Source of the DNA: a virus
Reading direction: 5' to 3' (one strand)
Virus record (IMG/VR): IMGVR_UViG_3300020470_001313
Location: 64,001 to 128,000 of that record
DNA: 64,000 nt
Part shown: positions 1 to 8,522 of the stretch, one piece after another
Position numbering within the stretch: the stretch's first letter is position 1
Layout of the letters: each line of letters begins with the position of its first letter
Notes under the pieces: model-generated
What the model saw: the letters and a program-made list of their open reading frames with translations, nothing else
Databases searched by the model: none
What the model was told of the DNA's origin: nothing
Position numbers and translations under genes: made by a program

Positions 1-738
1 ATCTCTGCCTGGAACTTCAGACCAATGCACTTCTGTATTTACATACTCATTTTTTCCACGTTCTGAATCATGCCACAATTTGTAGAACATGTTCATACCA
101 TGTGGTGTGGATATAATTATAACCTTGGTTTTCTTACCAGAAGATATAGTAGGATATACAGAGGAGAAGAACTCATCTGCAATATGTGTAGGAACGAACG
201 CGAACTCATCTAAGAATATAACGTTGAATGACATACCACGAACAGCACTACTAGATGTAGATGCTGCCATGATCTTTGAACCATTCTCTAATTCTAGACT
301 ACCTCGGTTCCAATTTACCACCCCTTGCTGTAACCACTTCGGTAAGTGTTCGTATGATTTTTGTAACCTCCCCAACATCTCCCGCGACGTTGCCGCTTTG
401 TTGGCGAGGATCGCGACGTTAACCTCTTCATTAAATAATACGTACCATAGAAGGTAACTCGTAACAATAGTGGACTTCCCAGATTGCCTGGGTAGTTTTG
501 CAATGTTGAATCTGTGCTCATGAAATTTATTCACCATTTCCTCTTGGAAAGGATACATGTTAAAAGGAACAAGACCCTCATCAAGAGAAACAATTTGAAC
601 ATACTCACGAATGAAGTATGCAGGATCGCCAGCACATTTTAAAAATTCAGCAACCTGTTCTTTGGTAAAATTCTGAGCGACATTAGATCGCTTCAGATTG
701 GGATTACCTAAGTAAATATCATTTGGGGCGGTTGCCAT
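1..738 (-). CDS. gp17: Terminase large subunit (T4 gp17-like), 5' part; runs off the left edge
   Basis: Not in the ORF track; translated by hand from ATG at 738: MATAPNDIYLGNPNLKRSNV...YPFQ...KLPRQSGKST (Walker A)...RGMSFNVIFLDEFAF (Walker B). The start overlaps the upstream stop (TAATG). Confidence 0.97.
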   Translation of the reverse strand, partial: MATAPNDIYLGNPNLKRSNVAQNFTKEQVAEFLKCAGDPAYFIREYVQIVSLDEGLVPFNMYPFQEEMVNKFHEHRFNIAKLPRQSGKSTIVTSYLLWYVLFNEEVNVAILANKAATSREMLGRLQKSYEHLPKWLQQGVVNWNRGSLELENGSKIMAASTSSSAVRGMSFNVIFLDEFAFVPTHIADEFFSSVYPTISSGKKTKVIIISTPHGMNMFYKLWHDSERGKNEYVNTEVHWSEVPGRD

Positions 739-1337
739 TAGCTTAAAGGAAAAGGTCTTTCGTTTGGTAATTCTTGTTCTGCATGGGCAAGCATATCTTC
801 TTCTTGTCCAGGAGTAAACTGAAATACTGCACTGAATCTTGCTACACCACCGTGCTGACGGTTAGGAGCTTTACCTCCATGTGGTATTGATCCAGGAAAA
901 ATTACTACTCTACCAGGTTTGGGTACTATACAATCAGTTACTTCACCGTCTCTAACGAATACAGTTTCTCCACCCCATGATTCACACCAGTCAACGACTG
1001 GATATACCATAAAACTTAATGAGTCTTCAGACTCACCATCATGGTGCAAATTAGGAGAATCTCCGAATCGGAAACAATTATATACTACTCTATGAAAAGG
1101 TGGTACAGGAATGCCTGATCTATCTTGAAATGCTTGGGCACAAAATACATCAAACTCTCCAAAGTTAGGTTGGTCTATAACCTTACCTAAAGAATATGTA
1201 TTTAAACTTTGTGATGGATCGTCAAAGATTAGTTGCCATCCATCAAAGTGGACGAAGTATTCCTCCATCTGTTCCACTTCGCGTTTGGTGAAGAGGTCAT
1301 CTATAACCATGACCTGTTCACGTTTCATAATTTTCAT
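738..1337 (-). CDS. 2OG-Fe(II) oxygenase (prolyl-4-hydroxylase-like)
   Basis: HxD (HHDG), WGGETVF, PKPGRVVIFPGSIPHGG and distal RxS motifs. Confidence 0.9.
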   Translation of the reverse strand: MKIMKREQVMVIDDLFTKREVEQMEEYFVHFDGWQLIFDDPSQSLNTYSLGKVIDQPNFGEFDVFCAQAFQDRSGIPVPPFHRVVYNCFRFGDSPNLHHDGESEDSLSFMVYPVVDWCESWGGETVFVRDGEVTDCIVPKPGRVVIFPGSIPHGGKAPNRQHGGVARFSAVFQFTPGQEEDMLAHAEQELPNERPFPLS

Positions 1338-1342
1338 TGGAA

Positions 1343-1534
1343 TTACTTCTTAAGTTTTTTACAACCAAACTTAAGTATAGCACCTGCTGCTACTACACCC
1401 ACTACTATTCCTATTCCAAGTCCCCAACCAATACCTTGTGGTTCTGGTTCAATAAGTTCCTGTAAAGCAGGTACTTCTTCTAGAACCTGTTGTGCTTCCT
1501 TTGGTAGTGGAAGTCCTGTTGGTAGTTTATCCAT
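1343..1534 (-). CDS. Small membrane protein, hypothetical
   Basis: C-terminal Gly/Val/Ile-rich TM segment followed by a KKLKK tail; packed tightly between neighbours. Confidence 0.75.
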   Translation of the reverse strand: MDKLPTGLPLPKEAQQVLEEVPALQELIEPEPQGIGWGLGIGIVVGVVAAGAILKFGCKKLKK

Positions 1535-1536
1535 TG

Positions 1537-2007
1537 TTAACCTTCAAGTAGTGTACCGTGAGCACGACGTATCTCACGTAATGATTCAAAGTCTTTCTGC
1601 TTGGTTCCACCATCGTAGGCCCATGCATAACCTTCGTCAATCATTTTTTCGTTAAGGGACAATTGTTCATCCCCAATATATAGCCACCCAAGAAGCCTAC
1701 CATACTTCCCAACGCCGCCGTGAAGCTCAGTACGAACAATGAGCTCATCATCGCCAGCCAGAACATCTTCCAGTTTTTCTTTGAGCCAGTTTGTTGCATC
1801 TATTCCCAGTGCCTTTTCTTCCAAGTCTCTTGTTCTCTTCTCTGGCGTATCAACTCCTGCAACTCTAACTCTTTCTTTCTTGAATAAGTCAAAGCCAAGA
1901 TCAATGGTGACATCAATAGTATCGCCGTCAAGAACACGGTTAACCTCCGTCACTCGGAAGTTGTAGCAGCTCTTCCTGCTCGGTGGAACCATTGCTCCCA
2001 TTTTCAA
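1537..2007 (-). CDS. Thermonuclease (staphylococcal nuclease-like)
   Basis: RVLDGDTIDV, RVRVAGVDTPE, GKYGRLLG and LNEKMIDEGYA motifs; the true start may be the second Met (MGAM). Confidence 0.9.
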   Translation of the reverse strand: MKMGAMVPPSRKSCYNFRVTEVNRVLDGDTIDVTIDLGFDLFKKERVRVAGVDTPEKRTRDLEEKALGIDATNWLKEKLEDVLAGDDELIVRTELHGGVGKYGRLLGWLYIGDEQLSLNEKMIDEGYAWAYDGGTKQKDFESLREIRRAHGTLLEG

Positions 2008-2176
2008 ACTCCGTAAGTGATCTATTTATCATATCTTCAACTGGCTCCCGTTCTTTCCGATTCTGCCATTGTTGAATCTTATTAACTAGAGATTCTAGCT
2101 TATAAAATTCTCTGGCAGACTCAGACGGTATGGGAGTCGTTGCTATCAGAGATGTCATTAGGAGTGTGGGTATCAT
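1940..2176 (-). CDS. Hypothetical protein
   Basis: Hydrophobic N-terminus and hydrophilic body; overlaps both neighbours. Confidence 0.55.
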   Translation of the reverse strand: MIPTLLMTSLIATTPIPSESAREFYKLESLVNKIQQWQNRKEREPVEDMINRSLTEFENGSNGSTEQEELLQLPSDGG

Positions 2177-2260
2177 ATGTGAAGATCCAATAAATTAGAT
2201 ACCCTACTCCACTCAGTAAAGTACCTAGCATAATATTTATAGACCACAACATATCATTCA

Positions 2261-2261
<1 letters not shown>
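2121..2261 (-). CDS. Small single-TM protein (46 aa, MNDMLWSINIMLG...)
   Basis: Start re-assigned to the ATG at 2261, which overlaps the petF stop (TAATG); one TM helix. Confidence 0.7.
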
Positions 2262-2575
<314 letters not shown>

Positions 2576-2578
2576 TTA

Positions 2579-2794
2579 TTAGTCAGTTATACCATACTTT
2601 GTCAGATCATACTTAGCAACCTTTAAAGGTTCGTGTTTCACCACAATTGGTTTACCTATTATATCCTCAAGTTCAGATACTATCTTCTTCTTAGAGATAT
2701 GATATGGTGTTGGGGCATTTTGTAAACACACCCTTAAACATTGTAGTTGTTCATCATTAACTGTAAAGGTATGACTATCTGACATGTATGACAC
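2579..2794 (-). CDS. Hypothetical protein
   Basis: ORF fills the gap between petE and petF; the start may be the second Met. Confidence 0.7.
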   Translation of the reverse strand: MSYMSDSHTFTVNDEQLQCLRVCLQNAPTPYHISKKKIVSELEDIIGKPIVVKHEPLKVAKYDLTKYGITD

Positions 2795-3143
2795 CCTTCA
2801 TACCAGCACCAGCATGGGGTTCACATTGAAACTCATATTCACCTGCTTCATCAAATGTTACAGGGAATTGCTCACCACTCATAAATGCTAGATCAGGATG
2901 TGATAGTTCTTCATGTTCCAAGAAGACTACATTGTGAGGTGGCAAATCACCATTCACAAATGTAACTGTATCACCTACGCTAACTGTAAGTTCATTAGGT
3001 TCAAAAACTAAATTTCCTCCTGAACCCATTTGTATATCAGCAGCATATGCTTTTGCTGCTAATGTAAAAGATAAGAAAAGAGAAGTTAACATTATAGTTA
3101 ACCTTGACATCCACCACATAATTTCATGTTTGTAGTTATTCAT
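2775..3143 (-). CDS. petE: Plastocyanin
   Basis: Signal peptide ending AYA, then LVFEP, PHNVVF and YEFQCEPHAGAGMKG type-1 Cu ligands; the start may be a downstream Met. Confidence 0.96.
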   Translation of the reverse strand: MNNYKHEIMWWMSRLTIMLTSLFLSFTLAAKAYAADIQMGSGGNLVFEPNELTVSVGDTVTFVNGDLPPHNVVFLEHEELSHPDLAFMSGEQFPVTFDEAGEYEFQCEPHAGAGMKGVIHVR

Positions 3144-3315
3144 ATTTAGAGTCCATCTTCATGGCATAGTCAATAAAATGAGGATGCTCCCGTAGATATG
3201 GGACATCCTCTTTGCTGTGCTGTATTGCTTCGTATGCGTCATGGGCATACTCACAAATTTCTAAATGATGGTGTTCCGTATCGTGGTAACCTACGGTGTA
3301 CTTGGTCTGGGGCAT
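3136..3315 (-). CDS. His/Tyr-rich 59-aa hypothetical protein, picocyanobacterial type
   Basis: Below the ORF-track cutoff; hand translation MPQTKYTVGYHDTEHHHLEICEYAHDAYEAIQHSKEDVPYLREHPHFIDYAMKMDSKYE fills the gap. Confidence 0.8.
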   Translation of the reverse strand: MPQTKYTVGYHDTEHHHLEICEYAHDAYEAIQHSKEDVPYLREHPHFIDYAMKMDSKYE

Positions 3316-3385
3316 GATAGTTTCAATCCCAAATTAGGTAACTATTTATCTTTCAATGAGTAGAAATTACTAGTAATGTTCTGAG

Positions 3386-3712
3386 TCAAAGACCTGGGAC
3401 AAATCTCTTATATTTCTCTACTTGAGGTAGCATATCTCTCTCAACTCTATCAACTATATCATCTATTATATCAACGTCAATATCCATGAATGGTGGAATG
3501 ATACCAAGGATTCTCAACAAACCATCTACAAATAATGCTAGAACTGTAAACCCAAGTAGCATACTAATGATAGTAGCATCACGATTATGCTTAGCCATTG
3601 AGATGCGATCAATTTCTTGTGCTTCTTCAACAGCAGCACGTATCATAGCATCAACTTCTTTCTTGGTATAGAAATCCCCTAGTATGGGTATGTCGTGTCG
3701 GTCTGGTGTCAT
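3386..3712 (-). CDS. Hypothetical membrane protein (cyanophage type)
   Basis: TM segment IISMLLGFTVLALFVDGLLRILGIIPPF; lies directly downstream of the sigma70 promoter. Confidence 0.8.
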   Translation of the reverse strand: MTPDRHDIPILGDFYTKKEVDAMIRAAVEEAQEIDRISMAKHNRDATIISMLLGFTVLALFVDGLLRILGIIPPFMDIDVDIIDDIVDRVERDMLPQVEKYKRFVPGL

Positions 3713-3731
3713 GTTATATCTAGCCGTTCAC

Positions 3732-3760
3732 AGTATACCATAAGGTACAAATATTGTCAA
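3732..3760 (-). promoter_or_regulatory. Sigma70-type (early/host-like) promoter
   Basis: Minus strand TTGACA (3760-3755), 17-nt spacer, TATACT (3737-3732), with an extended -10 TG. Confidence 0.85.
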
Positions 3761-4026
3761 TTCATTTCATGAAGGTGTTTTCCTGATGATGCACGTTTTC
3801 CATCGTGCTGGTCTTTTTCTCTTTCCAGATCCTGAATCTTTTGAAGGAACTGTTGTTTCTTTTCAATATCCTCCAGTTTCTTTTGTAGCTGTTTAACTTC
3901 GTCGTTAATAGACATGGGTTCGTTTTTGGTAGAGATCCCCCAACTGAGACCAGCAATCCCTGCCACGATTATAATCAACCGTGCAAAGCCAGTGATTGCT
4001 AACACCAACATCAATTTTCTGTTCAT
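3757..4026 (-). CDS. Hypothetical TM plus coiled-coil protein
   Basis: N-terminal hydrophobic helix and C-terminal Q/K/E coiled coil. Confidence 0.7.
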   Translation of the reverse strand: MNRKLMLVLAITGFARLIIIVAGIAGLSWGISTKNEPMSINDEVKQLQKKLEDIEKKQQFLQKIQDLEREKDQHDGKRASSGKHLHEMN

Positions 4027-4042
4027 TATATAGGTGAGTTAT

Positions 4043-4786
4043 CTACTTGTTGTAATGATAACTTGGTTTGTTGGTCTTCTTCGGTAACTTACCACTACGC
4101 ACCTTCGTTCCAGATGTTTCTCCAGAAGATGATGGGTGTTTTCCTGCTTTGGACTTTCCTAATGTGACTGACTTACCAGGCTTTTTAGATTCTGTATCGT
4201 GCAGTTTTGCTGGTTTGTCTTTGTCTTTTGTAATAACTGATTCTTGGCCATGTTTCCGTCCTAGTCGTCGCATGATTTTACCAAAGCGACGTTTGGACAT
4301 CTTATCGGGTTTGGAGGTTTGGTATGATACTTCACGACCTTTTTTACCATCGCCGTACTTGTATTCACCTACACCTTTCTTGTGACCAATGCCTTTCTTT
4401 TTGAGATCTTTCTCTAGAGCGCGGCGTTTCTCACGGTTCTTTTTTTCAGAGTCCCCTCTATCAGCAGAAATATTTCCTGTTACTGAGGTCTTTGATTTAT
4501 GAAGCATACGAGAGGTTGGGTTACCCTCCATGAATTGAGAGAAGGTTATACCTTCTTTGTTTAGCTTACGTTTTTCAATTTTCTTTTTCTGCCAAGAGTC
4601 AAGTGCGTCTACTGGACGACCTCCCTTAGCGAGAACTGATGCTTTATGCTTCTTAAATGCATCAGCAGATTTGGCAGCCTTTGCTTTCTTAGCATCGGAT
4701 GCTGCCTTTTGTTTTGCAACGTTTGCCTTTGATTGACGATCAATACGTTCAGCAGGAGTTTCCTCCTTAAGATGATCAGTACTCAT
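4043..4786 (-). CDS. Very basic protein, putative internal head protein
   Basis: Lys/Arg-rich; HLKEE and TFSQFME segments resemble prohead-protease sites; has an ISADRGD...GRKHGQESV domain; GGAGG RBS upstream. Confidence 0.6.
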   Translation of the reverse strand: MSTDHLKEETPAERIDRQSKANVAKQKAASDAKKAKAAKSADAFKKHKASVLAKGGRPVDALDSWQKKKIEKRKLNKEGITFSQFMEGNPTSRMLHKSKTSVTGNISADRGDSEKKNREKRRALEKDLKKKGIGHKKGVGEYKYGDGKKGREVSYQTSKPDKMSKRRFGKIMRRLGRKHGQESVITKDKDKPAKLHDTESKKPGKSVTLGKSKAGKHPSSSGETSGTKVRSGKLPKKTNKPSYHYNK

Positions 4787-4787
4787 T

Positions 4788-5327
4788 TTAACCTCCTACT
4801 ACTTGTATTTCTTCTACAACAATCGCATTACCTGTTACTGCAATCTTAGTGCAACGTTTTACGATTGCTTGTTTACCAGATGCATAGGTATATGCAGAAC
4901 CTTGACCAGAAGCATCAATGTCTGATGTAATAGTTGCACCAGTAGTTGCGGTAATTTTCTTACCAGCTGTACCAGCACTCAAGAAAGCAGCATTGATAGC
5001 AGGAGCAGTTCCATCATCTATCACAGCGATGAAATCATCAACTGAGAATGGATGTGTATCTCGTGACATGTTTTCTTGCAGGCTATTACCTAAACTGTAA
5101 ACTGATCCATTGACATTAGTTGCTTTAACAACTTTTGCTGTACCAGGCTTACCGCCTTTCACAAGGATAGATTCATTATCAATTAAAGTTATTGCAGGAC
5201 CACCGTTGAATGCTACAGTAGCATCACCAGCATTTGCAATCACTCGGTAGAAACCAGTTTGCACAACTTGATACTCAGTAGCACCTGCGGCCACTGCGTT
5301 TGTGCTTAGAACATTTAGGACTGTCAT
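4788..5327 (-). CDS. Hypothetical (probably virion) protein downstream of gp16
   Basis: Ala/Gly/Thr-rich beta protein; late promoter motif upstream. Confidence 0.75.
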   Translation of the reverse strand: MTVLNVLSTNAVAAGATEYQVVQTGFYRVIANAGDATVAFNGGPAITLIDNESILVKGGKPGTAKVVKATNVNGSVYSLGNSLQENMSRDTHPFSVDDFIAVIDDGTAPAINAAFLSAGTAGKKITATTGATITSDIDASGQGSAYTYASGKQAIVKRCTKIAVTGNAIVVEEIQVVGG

Positions 5328-5340
5328 CGTCTTGTCGTGT

Positions 5341-5760
5341 TTAATCCTTATTATTTATGTTGTTTTGTTGCTTCAATAATTTTTGAAGCTCGGAAGTACT
5401 TCCTACAAACATAGCATTTGTTACGTTAGTTGGACCTTTCTTATCTTCTTTATCCAACTCTTTCATCTTACCTTGTAGGTCAATTAATTTATCTGCTACA
5501 TCCCCGACTGATTTAATGAGTTGACCTGCAACCTCATAAGCACGTGGATGATCGCTTGCTCGTGCCACATCAAGTATACCATCTACTGCCTCCTGCCCTT
5601 TCATAACCAAGTTATGTAGTTGAGCACGAGAAACCTCATAATCCTGTTGTATTTCAGGATTATCTGTGAGTTTGGTTATCTCCTTCTTTTTCTCAACGTG
5701 CTTTTGTAATTCAGATGGTTCATTACCAAAAACTTCATTCAACCCATCAAAGGTACTCAT
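5341..5760 (-). CDS. gp16: Terminase small subunit
   Basis: DYEVSRAQL...GQEAVDGIL...HPRAYEVAGQLIK...NAMFVGSTSELQKLL. Confidence 0.95.
   Translation of the reverse strand: MSTFDGLNEVFGNEPSELQKHVEKKKEITKLTDNPEIQQDYEVSRAQLHNLVMKGQEAVDGILDVARASDHPRAYEVAGQLIKSVGDVADKLIDLQGKMKELDKEDKKGPTNVTNAMFVGSTSELQKLLKQQNNINNKD
5352..5359 (-). promoter_or_regulatory. T4-type late promoter (CATAAATA)
   Basis: ATAAATA core about 25 nt upstream of the start at 5327. Confidence 0.6.
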
Positions 5761-5762
5761 AA

Positions 5763-6548
5763 TTAAATTGCCTCATCTTGACCGCTAGTAGGATTACGCT
5801 TCTTACCGTCACCAAAATCTTCCCATGTTTCACCGAATCCAAAATCATCATCTGCATCAGCAGTGATAGGATCTGGTTGTACAGTATAGCGAACTTCTCT
5901 TGGTGCAGTACCAACATTGGTACTTGTATAAGAATCGGTAATAACCTTCTTGATTGTAGAGGATTCTTGTACAGGACCGTAGATGTATGTCTTAGCAGTA
6001 AAACTTAAAGTGTAAATGATTGCGCGACGAGTGGCAAAATTACCCTCATACTCATCATCATAGTCAATATTATTAATAACGACAGGAACATCCTTTGTTT
6101 CATTGAGTCCTGGGACCAACTTGAGGGGTAAGTTATAACTTGGCTGGAAATAAGGTAAAATCTGTTCCAGAATTTCAAGGCCGTCATCTTGATTTTTAGA
6201 TATAATTGCTAACTCAAATCCTACACTATATGGAACTGGCATATATGCCACCTTACTCTTATCTGAAGTACTTGTTACTGTTATCTTCTGAGTAGGACTA
6301 ACCTTTCTTGTAGGATCATAATCAATACTAGTTATCTCAAATGAGATTCTAGGAAGAGTAATACCTACTCTTTTGTTTGTTGGATCAGGAGTCTGTTCCA
6401 AACGTGCTAAAAACTTTTGCTTAGGACCATAAGCTAGAGGCACTTTCATGACCTCACTGCCTTGTTTGATCTCTATATTATTAAACAGAGTACCAAATCC
6501 AACAACGGTCTTTCTAAAGACTTCGTGATAAAAATATTTTCCTAGCAT
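5763..6548 (-). CDS. gp15: Tail sheath stabiliser / tail terminator
   Basis: YFYHE...FGTLFNNI, VPLAYGPKQKFLARL, LPRISFE, EQILPYFQP; synteny. Confidence 0.95.
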   Translation of the reverse strand: MLGKYFYHEVFRKTVVGFGTLFNNIEIKQGSEVMKVPLAYGPKQKFLARLEQTPDPTNKRVGITLPRISFEITSIDYDPTRKVSPTQKITVTSTSDKSKVAYMPVPYSVGFELAIISKNQDDGLEILEQILPYFQPSYNLPLKLVPGLNETKDVPVVINNIDYDDEYEGNFATRRAIIYTLSFTAKTYIYGPVQESSTIKKVITDSYTSTNVGTAPREVRYTVQPDPITADADDDFGFGETWEDFGDGKKRNPTSGQDEAI

Positions 6549-7708
6549 TAGATTGTTAAGTCAGTAGTAGAACCAATGGATCCAAATGGATTACCTTCGG
6601 AGAAATCAATAATGTCATCATCAGCTGTCTCAAATGTGTAGTTCTGGTCAACTTCACTATTAGTATTATCTATAGTATTATAAGATTCAGGACTCCAGAG
6701 AGCACCAGATGATTGACCTTTAATATTCTCTCCAGTATTAAATGTACCTGTACGATTTATAACTTGAAGTGTTCTAGTGCCAGCATCCCAAGATTTGACC
6801 TCTGCTTGTGTATCCTTCGGTGAATTACCAAAGGTTACAGTTGGTGCTGAAGTATATCCAGTACCAGCAGTATTTATAGTAACTCCAGTTACCAATCCTC
6901 CAGCAGATATTACAGCAGTTCCAGCAGCACCAGATCCACCTCCACCACTGAATGTTACAGTAGGAGCAGAAGTATAAAACTCACCACCATCAGTAATGGT
7001 AACACTGTCAACACCATCACCAGATATAGTAGCAGATCCAACGGCAGTATTAAGATCCCCAATGACAATCTCACCAACTGTAAAAGCACCAGACCCACCA
7101 GTACCCATGACAAACGCCGTGGAGTTACTAAAGGCGTATTCAATAGCATCAATGTCAGCAATACCAGTATCAAGATCTTCATTAGAGTACTCAAATATTT
7201 CGCATTGCATTTCCCAGACGTATCCTTTACCTAACTGGTAAAATGGTCTTTCTGCTTCTACGAATTTAATTTCAAATAAATGTTTTGTTGTCGGGAACCA
7301 AACTAAATCTCCTTCATTAGGTCTACCTTCAACATTTAATGTAACGTTATTATCAACCTTCTCAGTAAACTTTTCACGGGAAACAATAAAGGTTGTCTTG
7401 TCTTCTATTCTAACACCAAATTTAGTTAGGAGTTCTCCTTGTCCTTCCCAACCTTCAACGTTGTTAACATATGCTCTGATAGGATATGCATTATTAAATG
7501 TACTAGTATCTATCTCATCTAGAACATTATCTCTTCCAACATAGGTTCTAGGTAGATAATAAACATCTTGTCCATACAACTCAATAGACTCCACAACAAG
7601 ATTCTCCATGAACTTACGTTCTTGATCAGAACCATTAATGTTCAATCTACAGGCAGAACTGTAATCTGACTGTACACAATCTTTTGCTGGAGTGTTTGAG
7701 TATGCCAT
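6548..7708 (-). CDS. gp14: Neck protein
   Basis: ESIELYGQDVYYLPR, RPNEGDLVWFP, PFYQLGK and C-terminal DFSEGNPFG; carries an inserted Gly-rich beta module. Confidence 0.95.
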   Translation of the reverse strand: MAYSNTPAKDCVQSDYSSACRLNINGSDQERKFMENLVVESIELYGQDVYYLPRTYVGRDNVLDEIDTSTFNNAYPIRAYVNNVEGWEGQGELLTKFGVRIEDKTTFIVSREKFTEKVDNNVTLNVEGRPNEGDLVWFPTTKHLFEIKFVEAERPFYQLGKGYVWEMQCEIFEYSNEDLDTGIADIDAIEYAFSNSTAFVMGTGGSGAFTVGEIVIGDLNTAVGSATISGDGVDSVTITDGGEFYTSAPTVTFSGGGGSGAAGTAVISAGGLVTGVTINTAGTGYTSAPTVTFGNSPKDTQAEVKSWDAGTRTLQVINRTGTFNTGENIKGQSSGALWSPESYNTIDNTNSEVDQNYTFETADDDIIDFSEGNPFGSIGSTTDLTI

Positions 7709-7709
7709 A

Positions 7710-8516
7710 TTAACCTACAAGATCTAGTGGTGGTATTTCATAACGATCTCTAATTTCTTCTTCCAATTGAACTTTACGAGTAGATGCATCCTCTAAGATC
7801 TGACGACCATTTAGAGTAACACCACCCAACATTTGTATACCATCATACTTACTTAGGTTACGACCCCATTGTTGCATGAAGATCGCTTCACAATAGTCTT
7901 TCAACCAGTTGTCATTATAAGCAGAAGTAAAGACTTCAGTATCAGTTCTCATAGTACAATCAACTAAAATATAGTTTCCTACTGTGAGTTCATCCCAACT
8001 GAAATCAAGATATAGTTTATTCTCAACCCTATTATATCTAATTCTACGATTAGCACGAGAGTTAGTTACCCAATCAAGTGTCTCAAGATATTGAGAAACC
8101 ATGTAGTAATGTAGGATTTGAGAGTTCGTGAATGCGTAAATATCATTCAAGAAAATCTGATACTTAATGTTGAACATGTTACCAGGTACAACACTACTGC
8201 TACTTAAATTAGCATATACCTGATTAATTCCTACCACGCCAGGAGGTAGATCAACACTAAGATTATTCTTTGTCCAGTCAGTTGAACCTACTTGAGTAGC
8301 ACCTTTTGCAAAAGTTTTAATATCTTCAGTAACTTCAATTTTAATCAACTGTTTTTGAGAACCATCGTAATGATACTCTTGCCAATAATCAATCGCTTCC
8401 TCCACCAGATCATCCAATTGTTCATCACATACGTTGATGTCAATGGCAGGATAACCTAGTCTTCTTAGAGCATAATTTTTTAGCTCGGTTTTACTTGCGG
8501 GTCTTGTAGCAGACAT
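7710..8516 (-). CDS. gp13: Neck protein
   Basis: LKNYALRRLGYPAIDINV, QWGRNLSKYDGIQMLGGVTLNG. Confidence 0.95.
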   Translation of the reverse strand: MSATRPASKTELKNYALRRLGYPAIDINVCDEQLDDLVEEAIDYWQEYHYDGSQKQLIKIEVTEDIKTFAKGATQVGSTDWTKNNLSVDLPPGVVGINQVYANLSSSSVVPGNMFNIKYQIFLNDIYAFTNSQILHYYMVSQYLETLDWVTNSRANRRIRYNRVENKLYLDFSWDELTVGNYILVDCTMRTDTEVFTSAYNDNWLKDYCEAIFMQQWGRNLSKYDGIQMLGGVTLNGRQILEDASTRKVQLEEEIRDRYEIPPLDLVG

Positions 8517-8522
8517 TTTTTA

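Noticed and set aside
315-521. 68-aa minus-strand ORF
   Set aside because: Out-of-frame shadow inside gp17, which the track missed because it has no stop in the window.
3320-3330. GGGATTGAAAC on the minus strand, resembling a CRISPR repeat 3' end
   Set aside because: Single copy with no spacer-repeat periodicity; it lies in the translation-initiation region of the 59-aa gene.
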